Source: an uncultured Gammaproteobacteria bacterium
GTDB taxonomy: Bacteria; Pseudomonadota; Gammaproteobacteria; JAKDMP01
NCBI GenBank assembly: GCA_963843735.1
Contig: CAWJLN010000009.1
Span: 398,574-462,573, forward strand
DNA: 64,000 nt
Reading direction: 5' to 3'
Position numbers and translations under genes: made by a program. Positions 38,394 to 47,916 of this stretch are shown here, piece after piece (positions within the stretch are counted from its first letter, which is position 1; the number at the start of each line of letters is the position of its first letter). The notes under the pieces were generated by a model. The model made no database searches. It was given only the letters and a program-made list of their open reading frames with translations, and was not told the DNA's origin.

Positions 38394-39576
38394 GGAAACT
38401 CTGATTAATTCCTCTGATTTGAGATAATACGCTTTGTTATCCATTCACGTCCCCCGGAGATTGAACCGATGCGCCAGGAGAGTTTTGCCGAAGCCGGCTT
38501 TGAGAAGTATCGCAAAGTGACGCGGCGCGAGCGGTTTTTGGCCGAGATGGAGCGAGTGATTCCATGGGCGGAGCTGGCGGCGGTGATTGAGCCGTACTAT
38601 CCGAAGCCCGAAGGGGCGGGCCGCCGCCCCATAGGTATCGAGCGGATGTTGCGCATCCACTTTCTGCAGCACTGGTTCAACCTCTCGGACCCGGCGGTAG
38701 AAGAGGCACTGTATGAGTCGCGCTCCATGCGCACCTTTGCGGGCATAGACCTCGGGCGCGAGCCGGCGCCCGACGAGACCACGGTGCTCAAGTTTCGCCA
38801 TCTGCTCGAGGCGCACGATTTGGGCGCGAGCCTGTTTGCGCTCATCAACGAGTACCTGGAAGCACAGGGTCTCACGGTGGGCGCCGGCACGATCGTGGAT
38901 GCGACGATTATCAACGCCCCGAGTTCGACCAAGAACCGGGAGAGGAAGCGCGACCCCGAGATGCACCAGACCAGGAAGGGCAATCAGTGGTACTTCGGCA
39001 TGAAGGCCCACATCGGGGTGGACAGCCGCACGAAGCTGATCCACTCGGTGGCGGCGACGGCGGCGAACGTGCATGACAGTCAGCTCATGAGCGATCTGCT
39101 GCACGGCGAGGAGACCCGGGTGTGGGGCGATTCGGCCTACGCGGGCCAGCGCGAGCAGATACGCGAACACGCGCCGCGAGCGAGCGACTTCACGAACCAG
39201 AAGGGGCGGCGCAACCATCCGCTCGACGAGGCCGAGCGCGATAAGAATCGCACCAAGTCCAAGGTGCGGGCGCGGGTCGAGCATCCGTTCCTCGTGGTCA
39301 AGTGCATTTTTGGCTTTCGCAAGGTCTGCTACCGCGGGCTGGATAAGAACGCCAATCGGCTCTTTATGGTCTGTGGCTTGACCAATTTGTATCTCGCGCG
39401 CCGACAATTGTTGGGCGTCACGTAGGCGAGGTGCGCCCGCGGTGCGCCGCGGAGACCCTAAAATGGCATCCACAGCGCCAAAAGTGACACAATCCATCGG
39501 TTTTCGGAGAGGCTTTGAGTCATGCAACAGAACCGCTCCCATTTTTTACTGTCAGCGTGAATTAATCAGAGTTTCC
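38394..39576 (+). mobile_element. IS5 family element (1183 bp)
   Basis: Perfect 18-bp IRs GGAAACTCTGATTAATTC; TTAA duplication at 38390-38393 and 39577-39580. Confidence 0.96.
38469..39425 (+). CDS. IS5 family transposase
   Basis: LSDPAVEEALY, PDETT, IVDATII, FGMKAHIG, GDSAY, RARVEHPF. Confidence 0.96.
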   Translation: MRQESFAEAGFEKYRKVTRRERFLAEMERVIPWAELAAVIEPYYPKPEGAGRRPIGIERMLRIHFLQHWFNLSDPAVEEALYESRSMRTFAGIDLGREPAPDETTVLKFRHLLEAHDLGASLFALINEYLEAQGLTVGAGTIVDATIINAPSSTKNRERKRDPEMHQTRKGNQWYFGMKAHIGVDSRTKLIHSVAATAANVHDSQLMSDLLHGEETRVWGDSAYAGQREQIREHAPRASDFTNQKGRRNHPLDEAERDKNRTKSKVRARVEHPFLVVKCIFGFRKVCYRGLDKNANRLFMVCGLTNLYLARRQLLGVT

Positions 39577-40579
39577 TTAAGTCATAGAATGATGCATATC
39601 CTTTTTTAACCGTATCTTCGGCGTCAATAATGGAATAAGCAATATCGTCGCATGCTTCCATGACATACGCTAGCGGATGCCGAATTCCAGCCTTTAATCC
39701 GGTTTTATCCCAAATTTCTTTAACAATGCATGCTTCGCTATTAAAGATTCCATATTTTTTAAATCCACCCTTGTCTTGAGAGCCATATATGCTTGGATAT
39801 TTTATAAGAGCAGCAAGGGTGGCTACAGTTAAATTTAATCCAAATTTGTCGTTCAGAATCTGTAGTCGAGTGAGAAGACGGAATGTTTGTGCATTCCCAT
39901 CAAATTCAAGAAAATCTACAGCAACTTTATCTTCGAAAGGGTGTTCTTTAAACCATTGTTGGATCGCAATTTCGCCTTGGTGTCCGAATGGAGGATTCCC
40001 GAGATCATGGGCCAAGCCTACGGCAGCCAACAAAGACGGAATATTTCGCTTTACCTCTAGTTTTTCAGAATCCTCGCCAAATACTTTCTCGGCATGATCA
40101 AAGGCTATGCGCACTCCAATACTACGAGCCAAATTGCTCACCTCATGGGAATGTGTAAGACGGGTTCTGACAGAATCATTTTGTTCCATCGGGAATACTT
40201 GAGTCTTGTCAGCTAATCTGCGGGTAGGGGCGGCAAATAGGATTCTGTCGTAGTCTCTTTCAAGCTCCTTTCTTCCGATACCCGTCCTCATGGATTCGTC
40301 GGCGCCATACAACGTTTTGCGTCTAATGGGATTTAACAAGTTGTCCCAACTGAGCATGGATATTCCTAAGATCGTTGATGATGCCTTTTTAAGGGTATCT
40401 CATTAGAAAACGGGGAGTAAGGGGTCAGAGTCCCTATTCAGCGTGGCCAACTTTCCAATAGTTTGCATCACTTTAAGTATAGCCGCGGTTTGTCGGTTTT
40501 GAGCTCGAAGCGGTCGAGGATTAGCAAGTTGGGGCGTAAAAGCCCTAAAATTGGCGTTTTACGGGCGATTGTGGAAGCC

Positions 40580-42460
40580 GTGAAGGATCGATTCGACGTC
40601 ATCGTGGTGGGCGGCGGGCACGCCGGGACCGAGGCCGCACTGGCCGCGGCGCGCCTCGGTGCGTCCACGCTGCTGGTGACGCAGAGCCTGGAAACGCTGG
40701 GGCAGATGTCCTGCAATCCCGCTATCGGCGGCATCGGCAAGAGCCAGCTCGTGCGCGAGGTGGACGCGCTCGGCGGCGCGATGGCGCGGGCGACGGACCG
40801 CGCCGGCATCCACTTCCGGGTGCTGAACGCCTCCAAGGGCGCGGCGGTGCGGGCGACGCGGGCGCAGTGCGACCGGGTGCTCTACAAGCGGGCGATCCGC
40901 GCGCTGCTCGAAGCGCAGCCGAATCTGTCGCTGTTCCAGCAGGGCGTGGAGGATCTGATCATCGAGAACGACCGCGTCGCCGGCGTGGTGACGCAGATGG
41001 GGCTCGAAATCCACGCGCGGGCCGTGGTGCTCACGGTCGGCACCTTCCTCGGCGGGCGCATTCACATCGGCGAGAAGAACTACGGCGGTGGGCGTGCGGG
41101 CGAGGCGCCGTCGAATCCGCTTTCGGTGAAGCTTCGCGGCTACGGTTTCGCGGTCGGGCGGCTGAAGACGGGCACGCCGCCGCGCATTGACGGGCGCACG
41201 ATTGATTACGACGGGCTGGAGCGCCAGCCGGGCGACGTGCCGCTGCCGGTGATGTCCTTCCTCGGCTCGACGGACGAGCATCCGCGTCAGGTGGATTGCT
41301 TTCTCACCGAGACCAACGAGCGCACGCATGAGGTGATCCGTGGCGCGCTCGATCGCTCGCCGATGGTTTCGGGCGCGATCGAGGGCGTGGGCCCGCGCTA
41401 TTGTCCGTCGGTGGAAGACAAGGTGGTGCGCTTCGCGGAGAAGACTTCGCACCGCATCTTCATCGAGCCGGAAGGACTCGATACGCAGGAGGTGTATCCG
41501 AACGGCATCTCGACCAGCCTGCCGTTCGATGCGCAGGTGGCGTTGGTGCATACGATCCGCGGCTTCGAGCGCGCGGAGATCACGCGCCCGGGCTATGCGA
41601 TCGAGTACGACTATTTCGATCCGCGCGGGCTTTCGCTTGCGCTGGAAACGCAGGCGGTGGAAGGATTGTTCTTTGCCGGGCAGATCAACGGCACGACCGG
41701 TTACGAGGAAGCGGCGGCGCAGGGGACCGTCGCCGGTATCAATGCGGCGTTACGTCTGCGCGGTGCAGATCCCTGGTGGCCCCGCCGCGACGAGGGTTAC
41801 ATCGGCGTGCTGCTCGATGATCTCACGACGCGCGGGGCGAGCGAACCGTATCGCATGTTCACCAGCCGCGCCGAGTATCGTCTGTCGCTGCGCGAAGACA
41901 ATGCCGACTTCCGCCTCACGCTGAAGGGCCGCGAACTCGGCCTGGTTGACGATGCGCGTTGGGCACGGTTCTGCGACAAGCGCACAGGCTACGAGCGGGC
42001 GCGGGCGCAGTTGGAAGCGGCGCGCTTTACGCCGAGCGAATTGCCGCCTGAATGGACGGCGGTTCATCTGGAGCACGCGCCGGCGGAACCGGTGACGGCC
42101 TGGCAGTTGCTCGCCCGGCCGGGCGTCGGCTATGCGGCGGTGGCGGAGTTGGCGAATCCGGAAGTCGCGGTCGGCAGCGAGCTGGCGCGCTTGCTGGAAA
42201 CGGATGCGCGCTACACGGGTTATCTGCATCGCCAGAGTGCCGAGATCGCGCGGCTGAAAAAGCGCGAAACGCTCGCCCTGCCGCCCGATTTCGATTACGC
42301 CCGCGTGCGCGGGCTGTCCACCGAGGTACGCGAGAAGCTTTCCGCCGCGCGTCCGGCGACGATCGGCCAGGCCGCGCGCGTTCCCGGCGTGACCCCGGCC
42401 GCCGTGTCGCTCTTGTTGGTGCATCTCACCGCCCGCGAACGATCCAGAGTTGCTGGATAG
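40580..42460 (+). CDS. mnmG: tRNA uridine-5-carboxymethylaminomethyl modification enzyme MnmG (GidA)
   Basis: Start reassigned to GTG 40580; [64 protein letters not shown]. Confidence 0.97.
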   Translation: MKDRFDVIVVGGGHAGTEAALAAARLGASTLLVTQSLETLGQMSCNPAIGGIGKSQLVREVDALGGAMARATDRAGIHFRVLNASKGAAVRATRAQCDRVLYKRAIRALLEAQPNLSLFQQGVEDLIIENDRVAGVVTQMGLEIHARAVVLTVGTFLGGRIHIGEKNYGGGRAGEAPSNPLSVKLRGYGFAVGRLKTGTPPRIDGRTIDYDGLERQPGDVPLPVMSFLGSTDEHPRQVDCFLTETNERTHEVIRGALDRSPMVSGAIEGVGPRYCPSVEDKVVRFAEKTSHRIFIEPEGLDTQEVYPNGISTSLPFDAQVALVHTIRGFERAEITRPGYAIEYDYFDPRGLSLALETQAVEGLFFAGQINGTTGYEEAAAQGTVAGINAALRLRGADPWWPRRDEGYIGVLLDDLTTRGASEPYRMFTSRAEYRLSLREDNADFRLTLKGRELGLVDDARWARFCDKRTGYERARAQLEAARFTPSELPPEWTAVHLEHAPAEPVTAWQLLARPGVGYAAVAELANPEVAVGSELARLLETDARYTGYLHRQSAEIARLKKRETLALPPDFDYARVRGLSTEVREKLSAARPATIGQAARVPGVTPAAVSLLLVHLTARERSRVAG

Positions 42461-42568
42461 TTCGAGCGGCCCAGTGGCGGTGCCTGCGGCGGATCGGATT
42501 TCGACGAACGTTCGTGCTCCGGCACGGTTCTTTAAACTGCACGTCACAACCGCAAGGGGATTTCGGAT

Positions 42569-44143
42569 ATGAAACGCATTGCAATGACCGCGGCAGCGCT
42601 CGCGTTGTCGCTGACCGCCATGACGGCTTTTGCCGCCGGACACAAGCATGCCGCGCCCGCGGCAGGCAGCCTCGCAAAGCCGGTGGAAACGACCACCCGG
42701 GGCGCGGTGACGGTCGAAGGCCACCGCATCGGCTACGACGCCGTCGCCGGCACGATCATTCTGCGGAACAAGCAGGACGAGCCCACGGAGAGCATGTTCT
42801 ACGTGGCTTACGTCAAAAGCGGCGTGAAGGATCCCGGCACGCGTCCGATCACGTTTCTCTACAACGGCGGGCCCGGCTCGTCCACGGTGTGGCTGCACAT
42901 GGGCGCCTTCGGCCCGCAGCGCGTGGTGACGGCGGATCACACCCATACTCCGCCCGCGCCGTTCAAGCTGGTCAACAATGACTACAGCCTGCTCGATGCG
43001 AGCGACCTGGTGTTCATCGACGCGCCGAGCACCGGCTTCAGTCGCAATATCGGCAAGAAGCAGGGCGGCGTCGGCAAGCCCAACCTGTATTGGGGCGTTG
43101 ACGAGGACGGGCACGCCTTCGCGCAGTTCATCACGCGTTTCCTGACCCAGTACAACCGCTGGAACTCGCCGAAATACCTGTTCGGCGAAAGCTACGGCAC
43201 GATGCGCTCGGCGGTGCTCGCGCGTTACCTCGAGATGGAGGACAACGTTGATTTGAACGGCGTGATCCTGCTCTCGCAGACGCTGAACTACGACATCTCC
43301 AATGCCGACGATCCGCAGGACAACCCGGGCATGGAGCTCTCTTATGAACTGGCGCTGCCGACCTATGCGGCGACCGCCTGGTACCACCACAAGCTGCCGA
43401 ACCAGCCCAAGGACCTCGACAGCTTCCTCAAGCAGGTCGAGCACTTCGCGTTGCACGGCTACGCCGATGCGCTCAACGCCGGCACAACGCTGTCCGCGCA
43501 GGACAAGCAGCAGGTCGCGGAACAGCTCCACCAGTACACGGGCCTGCCCGCCGCCTACTGGATGAAGGCCGACCTGCGGGTGAACGGCGGCGAGTTCGCG
43601 AAGAACCTGCTTACGGATTCGGACGAATCAACCGGCCGACTCGATACCCGCTTCGCCGGGCCGACCATGGACCCGCTGAGCCAGGACGCGCAGTACGATC
43701 CGCAGGCCGCGGCGATCAGCTCGGCCTACGTCTCGCTGTTCAACAGCTACGTGCGCAACACCCTCGACTTCAAGCCCGGCTATATGCAGTACCGGTCGGA
43801 AATCGCTCTGTGGGGCGACAAGTGGGACTGGCAGCACCAGCCGCCGGGCGCGAGCACGCCGCTGCCGATGGCGCCGAACGTGATGCCGGACCTGGCGGCC
43901 GCGATGAAGTACAACCCGGGCCTGAAGGTGCAACTCGAATCCGGCTACTTCGACTTGGCCACGCCGTTCTACGCGGCGGTGTATGCGATGCAGCACCTGC
44001 CGATCCCGCAGTCGCTGGCCGGCAACATCACGTATAACTTCTATGACTCGGGGCACATGGTGTACGTGCACCTGCCGGCGCTCAAGAAGTTGCACGACAA
44101 CGTGGCAGCGTTCATCCACTCCACGCAAGGCTCTGCTAACTAG
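42569..44143 (+). CDS. Secreted serine carboxypeptidase, peptidase family S10 (paralog 1)
   Basis: Signal peptide; YNGGPGSS, FGESYG (catalytic Ser), GYFDLATP, SGHMVY. Confidence 0.92.
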   Translation: MKRIAMTAAALALSLTAMTAFAAGHKHAAPAAGSLAKPVETTTRGAVTVEGHRIGYDAVAGTIILRNKQDEPTESMFYVAYVKSGVKDPGTRPITFLYNGGPGSSTVWLHMGAFGPQRVVTADHTHTPPAPFKLVNNDYSLLDASDLVFIDAPSTGFSRNIGKKQGGVGKPNLYWGVDEDGHAFAQFITRFLTQYNRWNSPKYLFGESYGTMRSAVLARYLEMEDNVDLNGVILLSQTLNYDISNADDPQDNPGMELSYELALPTYAATAWYHHKLPNQPKDLDSFLKQVEHFALHGYADALNAGTTLSAQDKQQVAEQLHQYTGLPAAYWMKADLRVNGGEFAKNLLTDSDESTGRLDTRFAGPTMDPLSQDAQYDPQAAAISSAYVSLFNSYVRNTLDFKPGYMQYRSEIALWGDKWDWQHQPPGASTPLPMAPNVMPDLAAAMKYNPGLKVQLESGYFDLATPFYAAVYAMQHLPIPQSLAGNITYNFYDSGHMVYVHLPALKKLHDNVAAFIHSTQGSAN

Positions 44144-44147
44144 GCGG

Positions 44148-44632
44148 TTATTTCCCCAGCGCCTTGCGCCGCCGCTCCAGGCTTTCCCTGGGCCAGTACC
44201 GCTCGCGGTCGTAGAATCCTCGACCGCCGGCATGTCCGCCGGGCAGCGATCACCCAGGGCTGCTTGGACGCGGTGAAGATGTGGATGTCGGGCGGCAGCC
44301 GGTCCGGCTTCGTCGAGCGTGCCGACGCGCACGAAGCGCAGGGCGTCGCCGGCGCCGGCGTAGTTGCTCCACAGCGCGATGCGGCAGACCGGGCAGCGCG
44401 CGATCTGCTGGCCCTTGCCGCTCGCCGACGGCGTGTCCACGATTTCGGGTTCGCCCTGCAGCAGCACGACGCGATCGGCTTCGATCATCGCGTTGAGCGC
44501 GAAGGAGGCGCCGGTCTCGCGCTGGCACCAGCGGCAATGGCAGCAGTGCACGAACAGCGGCTCGCTCGTCATGCGGTAGCGCACGGCGCCGCAGTCGCAG
44601 CCGCCCTCGAACGAAATTACATTATCAGTCAT
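44148..44632 (-). pseudogene. GFA family protein with several frameshifts in the 3' half
   Basis: GGCDCGAVRY, HCCHCRWCQ, RCPVC intact; PDIHIFTASKQPW and YDRERYWP sit in other frames (44190-44310). Confidence 0.75.
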
Positions 44633-44705
44633 AGATCATCTCCGCAGACACCTCGTAAGTAGCGATGTCAGGGGGGTTATTTATTAGCAAAGCATAAGAC
44701 GTTGC

Positions 44706-44999
44706 TTACCGTCTGTGTGCGCCATGCTCCGGATGACGACGATGATGTCTGATGACCAACACCCGAATAGTCTCTTCATCGCGCATTCGATAAAGAATGG
44801 AATAAGGAAATCTGTGCAAAAGGCAACGACATATTCCGCGTTCCATAACGGCATACATGCGAGGATGTGAACGAATGCGTTCGATTGCGGCGTAAATTTC
44901 GGAACGAAATTCGTCTCCGAGTCCGGATCATTGCCGATTGTAATATTTTACTGCGCTGGCGAACTCTAGGGTTGTTGAGGGATGGTACTCAACTTTCAT
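44706..44999 (-). pseudogene. RelE/ParE family toxin with premature TGA at codon 24 (44928-44930)
   Basis: Hand translation: MKVEYHP..AVKYYNRQ*SGLGDEFRSEI..RRGICRCLLHRFPYSILYR-like..VLVIRHHRRHP; ATGA overlap with the antitoxin stop; absent from the ORF track. Confidence 0.8.
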
Positions 45000-45232
45000 T
45001 CGGTGCCGTTCGTTCGCCGGATGAATTCGTCATGGTTGATCGGCTGGACAGAACCGGCCTCGATTTCCCGATCGCGTTGCAGGGCGATATCTACGCCTTC
45101 GGAGTCGGTAGTTGCATCCGTCGTGTAGGCGGATTCGTCTTCAAGGCTTTCCCAGGCCGCCAAAGCCAAACGCTCCCGCTCCTTCGGTGGCAGGCTCAAC
45201 ACTTCCTTTTCGAGTTTGGCGACGTTACTCAT
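44996..45232 (-). CDS. Addiction-module antitoxin component (TIGR02574-like)
   Basis: LSLPPKERERLA..WESL..R.REIEAG.V pattern, directly upstream of the ParE-like gene. Confidence 0.8.
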   Translation of the reverse strand: MSNVAKLEKEVLSLPPKERERLALAAWESLEDESAYTTDATTDSEGVDIALQRDREIEAGSVQPINHDEFIRRTNGTE

Positions 45233-45285
45233 GGGTTCAGTTTACTCGGCTCACCCGCAGAAGACAATGTCCCATTCCCATGCCT

Positions 45286-47415
45286 TTACCGGAGAAACTG
45301 CGCTTCGAAGAATTGTGCCGTGGCGGTGTCGGCGCGCAGCCACGAGGCGTAGCGCAGGAAGCCGTGGATGTCGTTTGGAATCACGATTTGCGCGAATGGT
45401 ACGCGATGCTTGCGCAGGCGCTGCACCAGGTCCACCATCTGGTGGAAGTGCACGTTGCGGTCGTCGTCGCCCTGGATCAGGAGCACCGGCGACTTCCAGG
45501 TCGCGATGGACGAGTCCGGCGAGGATTCCCACGCGATCTTCATGGCTTTCTTGCGGTCGCCCTGCTCGTAGCGCGGATGCGCCTTGCCGAACCAGTCGCC
45601 GATGAAACGCGACCAGTCGTGCACGCCGTGCATGTCCACGCCGGCCTTGAAAATGTCGGAATTGCGCGCAAGTGCGAGCGCCGTGAGATAGCCGCCGTAG
45701 GAGCCGCCCCAGATGCCGATGCGCTTCGCATCCACACCTTGCACTTTCTGCAGGTACTTGGCGCCGGCGAGCACGTCCTGATATTCGGCCGCGCCGGTCG
45801 GTCCCCAGTGCGCGGGATGATGGAAGGCGCGCCCGTAGCCGATGCCGAGGCGGTAGTTGACCGAAAGAACGACGAAGCCGTGGTTCGCGAGGTACTGGTT
45901 CACGGCGTAGGAATTGCTGTAGTAATCCATGTAATGCCAGCCGAGAAGCATCTGGCGCGGCGGGCCGCCGTGCACGAAGATGATGCCGGGTTTCGCCGCG
46001 TCGCCGGCGCCGCTCTGGAAGAGCTGGCCGTGGATCGTCCAGCCGTCCGCTGCCTTGAACGTGACCGGTTTCGGTACGACGAGTCGGTCGGTCGGGAAGT
46101 CTTTTGGAATTTGCCCGGCGTCGAGGAAGCGCGCGTCGGTACCGGTTGCGGAAGCGACGGCGATCAGCGGCGGGCGCTTCGGTCCCGCACCGATGAATGC
46201 GATGTGCTCGCCGTCGCTTGCGATGACCGGTTGCCATTCGATCGTTTCGCCCGCCGTCAGCGCGACCGGCTTCGCCGCGTTCACCGGCACGCGGTAGAGA
46301 TGGCGGCGGCCGCCATCGTGCGGCGTCGCGCCGGTGTTGGCGTTGTAAACGAGAAAGTTGCGATCCGGGCTTTCGCTCACGTCTTCGACCATGAACGCGC
46401 CCGGCGTCAGCAACAAGGGTTTGCCGCCGGTGGCAGATATGGAATACAGATGTGGCCAGCCGTCGAGATCGTCGAGAAACACCAGGCGGTCGCCGGCCGC
46501 CCAGTGCAGATTGGCGCCGCCTGCGGTTTCCGGATACGAGCCGTCGAGCGTGTACGGACTTTGCCAGACCGCGCGGCCCTCGCCGCTCGCGGCGTCGGCT
46601 ATCCAGATCGCCCACGGCTGCGGCGTCAGCTTGAGGATCGGCTGCGGCGGACCACCCTGGCCGGGCCGGCGCACGAAGGCGATGCGCTTGCCGTCCGGCG
46701 ACCAGCGCGGCGAGGAATCGCGATCGGTCGAGGGCGCGAGATACCGGATCGCCTGGTCGCTTGAACTAAAGATGCCGATGAAGGCGTGATCGTCGCGATG
46801 GGTCACGAAGGCGAGCCGCTTGCCGTCCGGCGACCAGTGCAGGGAGCCGATCTTGCCGTGATCGAAGAACAGTTTCTCCGGCTTGCCGGTGCCGTCCAGG
46901 CTCGCGGTCCAGACCTGGTGATCCTTGATGAAGGCGAGACGGTTGTCCTTGGAGATCGCGGGCGCGTCGCCCTCGGCGACGGTGATCGGCTTGCCGTCGG
47001 GCAGCGCGATCGCCCAGATCGTGACATGCGGCTGGACCGGACTGGAATCCGGGTCGGGCTCGAGTCCGCCGGGCGGGGGCCAGTTGGCGTCGTGGTCGCC
47101 GCCGCGCACGTAGACCAGTGTGTTGCCGTCCGGGGAGAACGTCAGTTGCGTGAGTTCCTGGCCGTCGTCGGCGTTGTAGTTCGTCACCTGGCGCGGCTTG
47201 AAGGCGGGCGCCGTGGCGACCCAGATGTTGCGCACGCCGCGTTCGTCCAGCACCCAGGCAATGTGGTCGCCCTGTTTCGAGGCGGCGAGTTCGACCGGGT
47301 ACGGATAGCCGAGCACCTGCGCCATCGTGAACGAGTCTTGCGGCGTGCCCGCAAATGCAGTCGTCGTGGCCGACAGCGCGAGGAAGCAGAAAAACAGGTG
47401 GATTGATCGCATCAT
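45286..47415 (-). CDS. Secreted S9 family peptidase with TolB-like/PD40 propeller repeats
   Basis: Start ATG about 47415 with signal peptide; WSPDGKR repeats; GIWGGSYGG, QGDDD, DIHGF catalytic triad motifs. Confidence 0.92.
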   Translation of the reverse strand: MMRSIHLFFCFLALSATTTAFAGTPQDSFTMAQVLGYPYPVELAASKQGDHIAWVLDERGVRNIWVATAPAFKPRQVTNYNADDGQELTQLTFSPDGNTLVYVRGGDHDANWPPPGGLEPDPDSSPVQPHVTIWAIALPDGKPITVAEGDAPAISKDNRLAFIKDHQVWTASLDGTGKPEKLFFDHGKIGSLHWSPDGKRLAFVTHRDDHAFIGIFSSSDQAIRYLAPSTDRDSSPRWSPDGKRIAFVRRPGQGGPPQPILKLTPQPWAIWIADAASGEGRAVWQSPYTLDGSYPETAGGANLHWAAGDRLVFLDDLDGWPHLYSISATGGKPLLLTPGAFMVEDVSESPDRNFLVYNANTGATPHDGGRRHLYRVPVNAAKPVALTAGETIEWQPVIASDGEHIAFIGAGPKRPPLIAVASATGTDARFLDAGQIPKDFPTDRLVVPKPVTFKAADGWTIHGQLFQSGAGDAAKPGIIFVHGGPPRQMLLGWHYMDYYSNSYAVNQYLANHGFVVLSVNYRLGIGYGRAFHHPAHWGPTGAAEYQDVLAGAKYLQKVQGVDAKRIGIWGGSYGGYLTALALARNSDIFKAGVDMHGVHDWSRFIGDWFGKAHPRYEQGDRKKAMKIAWESSPDSSIATWKSPVLLIQGDDDRNVHFHQMVDLVQRLRKHRVPFAQIVIPNDIHGFLRYASWLRADTATAQFFEAQFLR

Positions 47416-47576
47416 GAACGGCCTTCCTGACTTATTGACGAAAGTATAGTAGAAATCGCAAACGGCCCCGTGCGGACGCCGCAGGGCACTTGTGCATGAA
47501 AACACATTTGTATTAGGGTACACGGCGTTCGGGATCGGCGAGGGCGTCGGCTCCGGGCGCAAATCCATGCCGACCT

Positions 47577-47847
47577 AGAACCTATCTCGTAATCCCCCGC
47601 GGCCGCGACCGTGGCGATTTTGGTCCAGGGCGCGGCGTGCCGAGCGTGGTGTGCTTGTTGCACACGAGCGAGGCGCAACAAGGCCCTGGGCCAAAACCGC
47701 CCGGTCCCCGAAGGGGTTACGGCCGACATGCGCGGCGGCGGTGTTGCGCCGCTTGGCCGTAGAACGACTACTGTCCCGCGCGGCGCGCCTTGCCGTCACG
47801 CATGTCGGCCAGTAACGCTGTTCGCGCGGGATTACGAGATAGGTTCT
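47577..47847. mobile_element. MITE-like non-coding element, 271 bp
   Basis: Perfect 20-bp terminal IRs AGAACCTATCTCGTAATCCC; nested internal stems; flanking duplication not clean. Confidence 0.7.
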
Positions 47848-47916
47848 TAGCATACTTGGCCGGTGTTTTTTGCCGGGCGCAAGCTGCGCCGTGGCGTATG
47901 GAACAGGAGAAATTGC

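Larger units (their letters stand above)
37800..40357 (-). pseudogene. dGTP triphosphohydrolase (HD family dNTPase) interrupted by IS5; reconstructs to 456 aa
   Basis: RTRLTHSHEV, AHDLGNPPFGHQGE, FDGNAQ, MEACDDIAYS in the 5' part; CDAISGMTESY in the 3' part; removing the IS and one TTAA gives the continuous frame FYDLMDFLKTH. Confidence 0.92.

Noticed and set aside
37800-38444. 214-aa ORF as an independent gene
   Set aside because: Its first 17 codons lie inside IS5; the rest is the 3' half of the dGTPase
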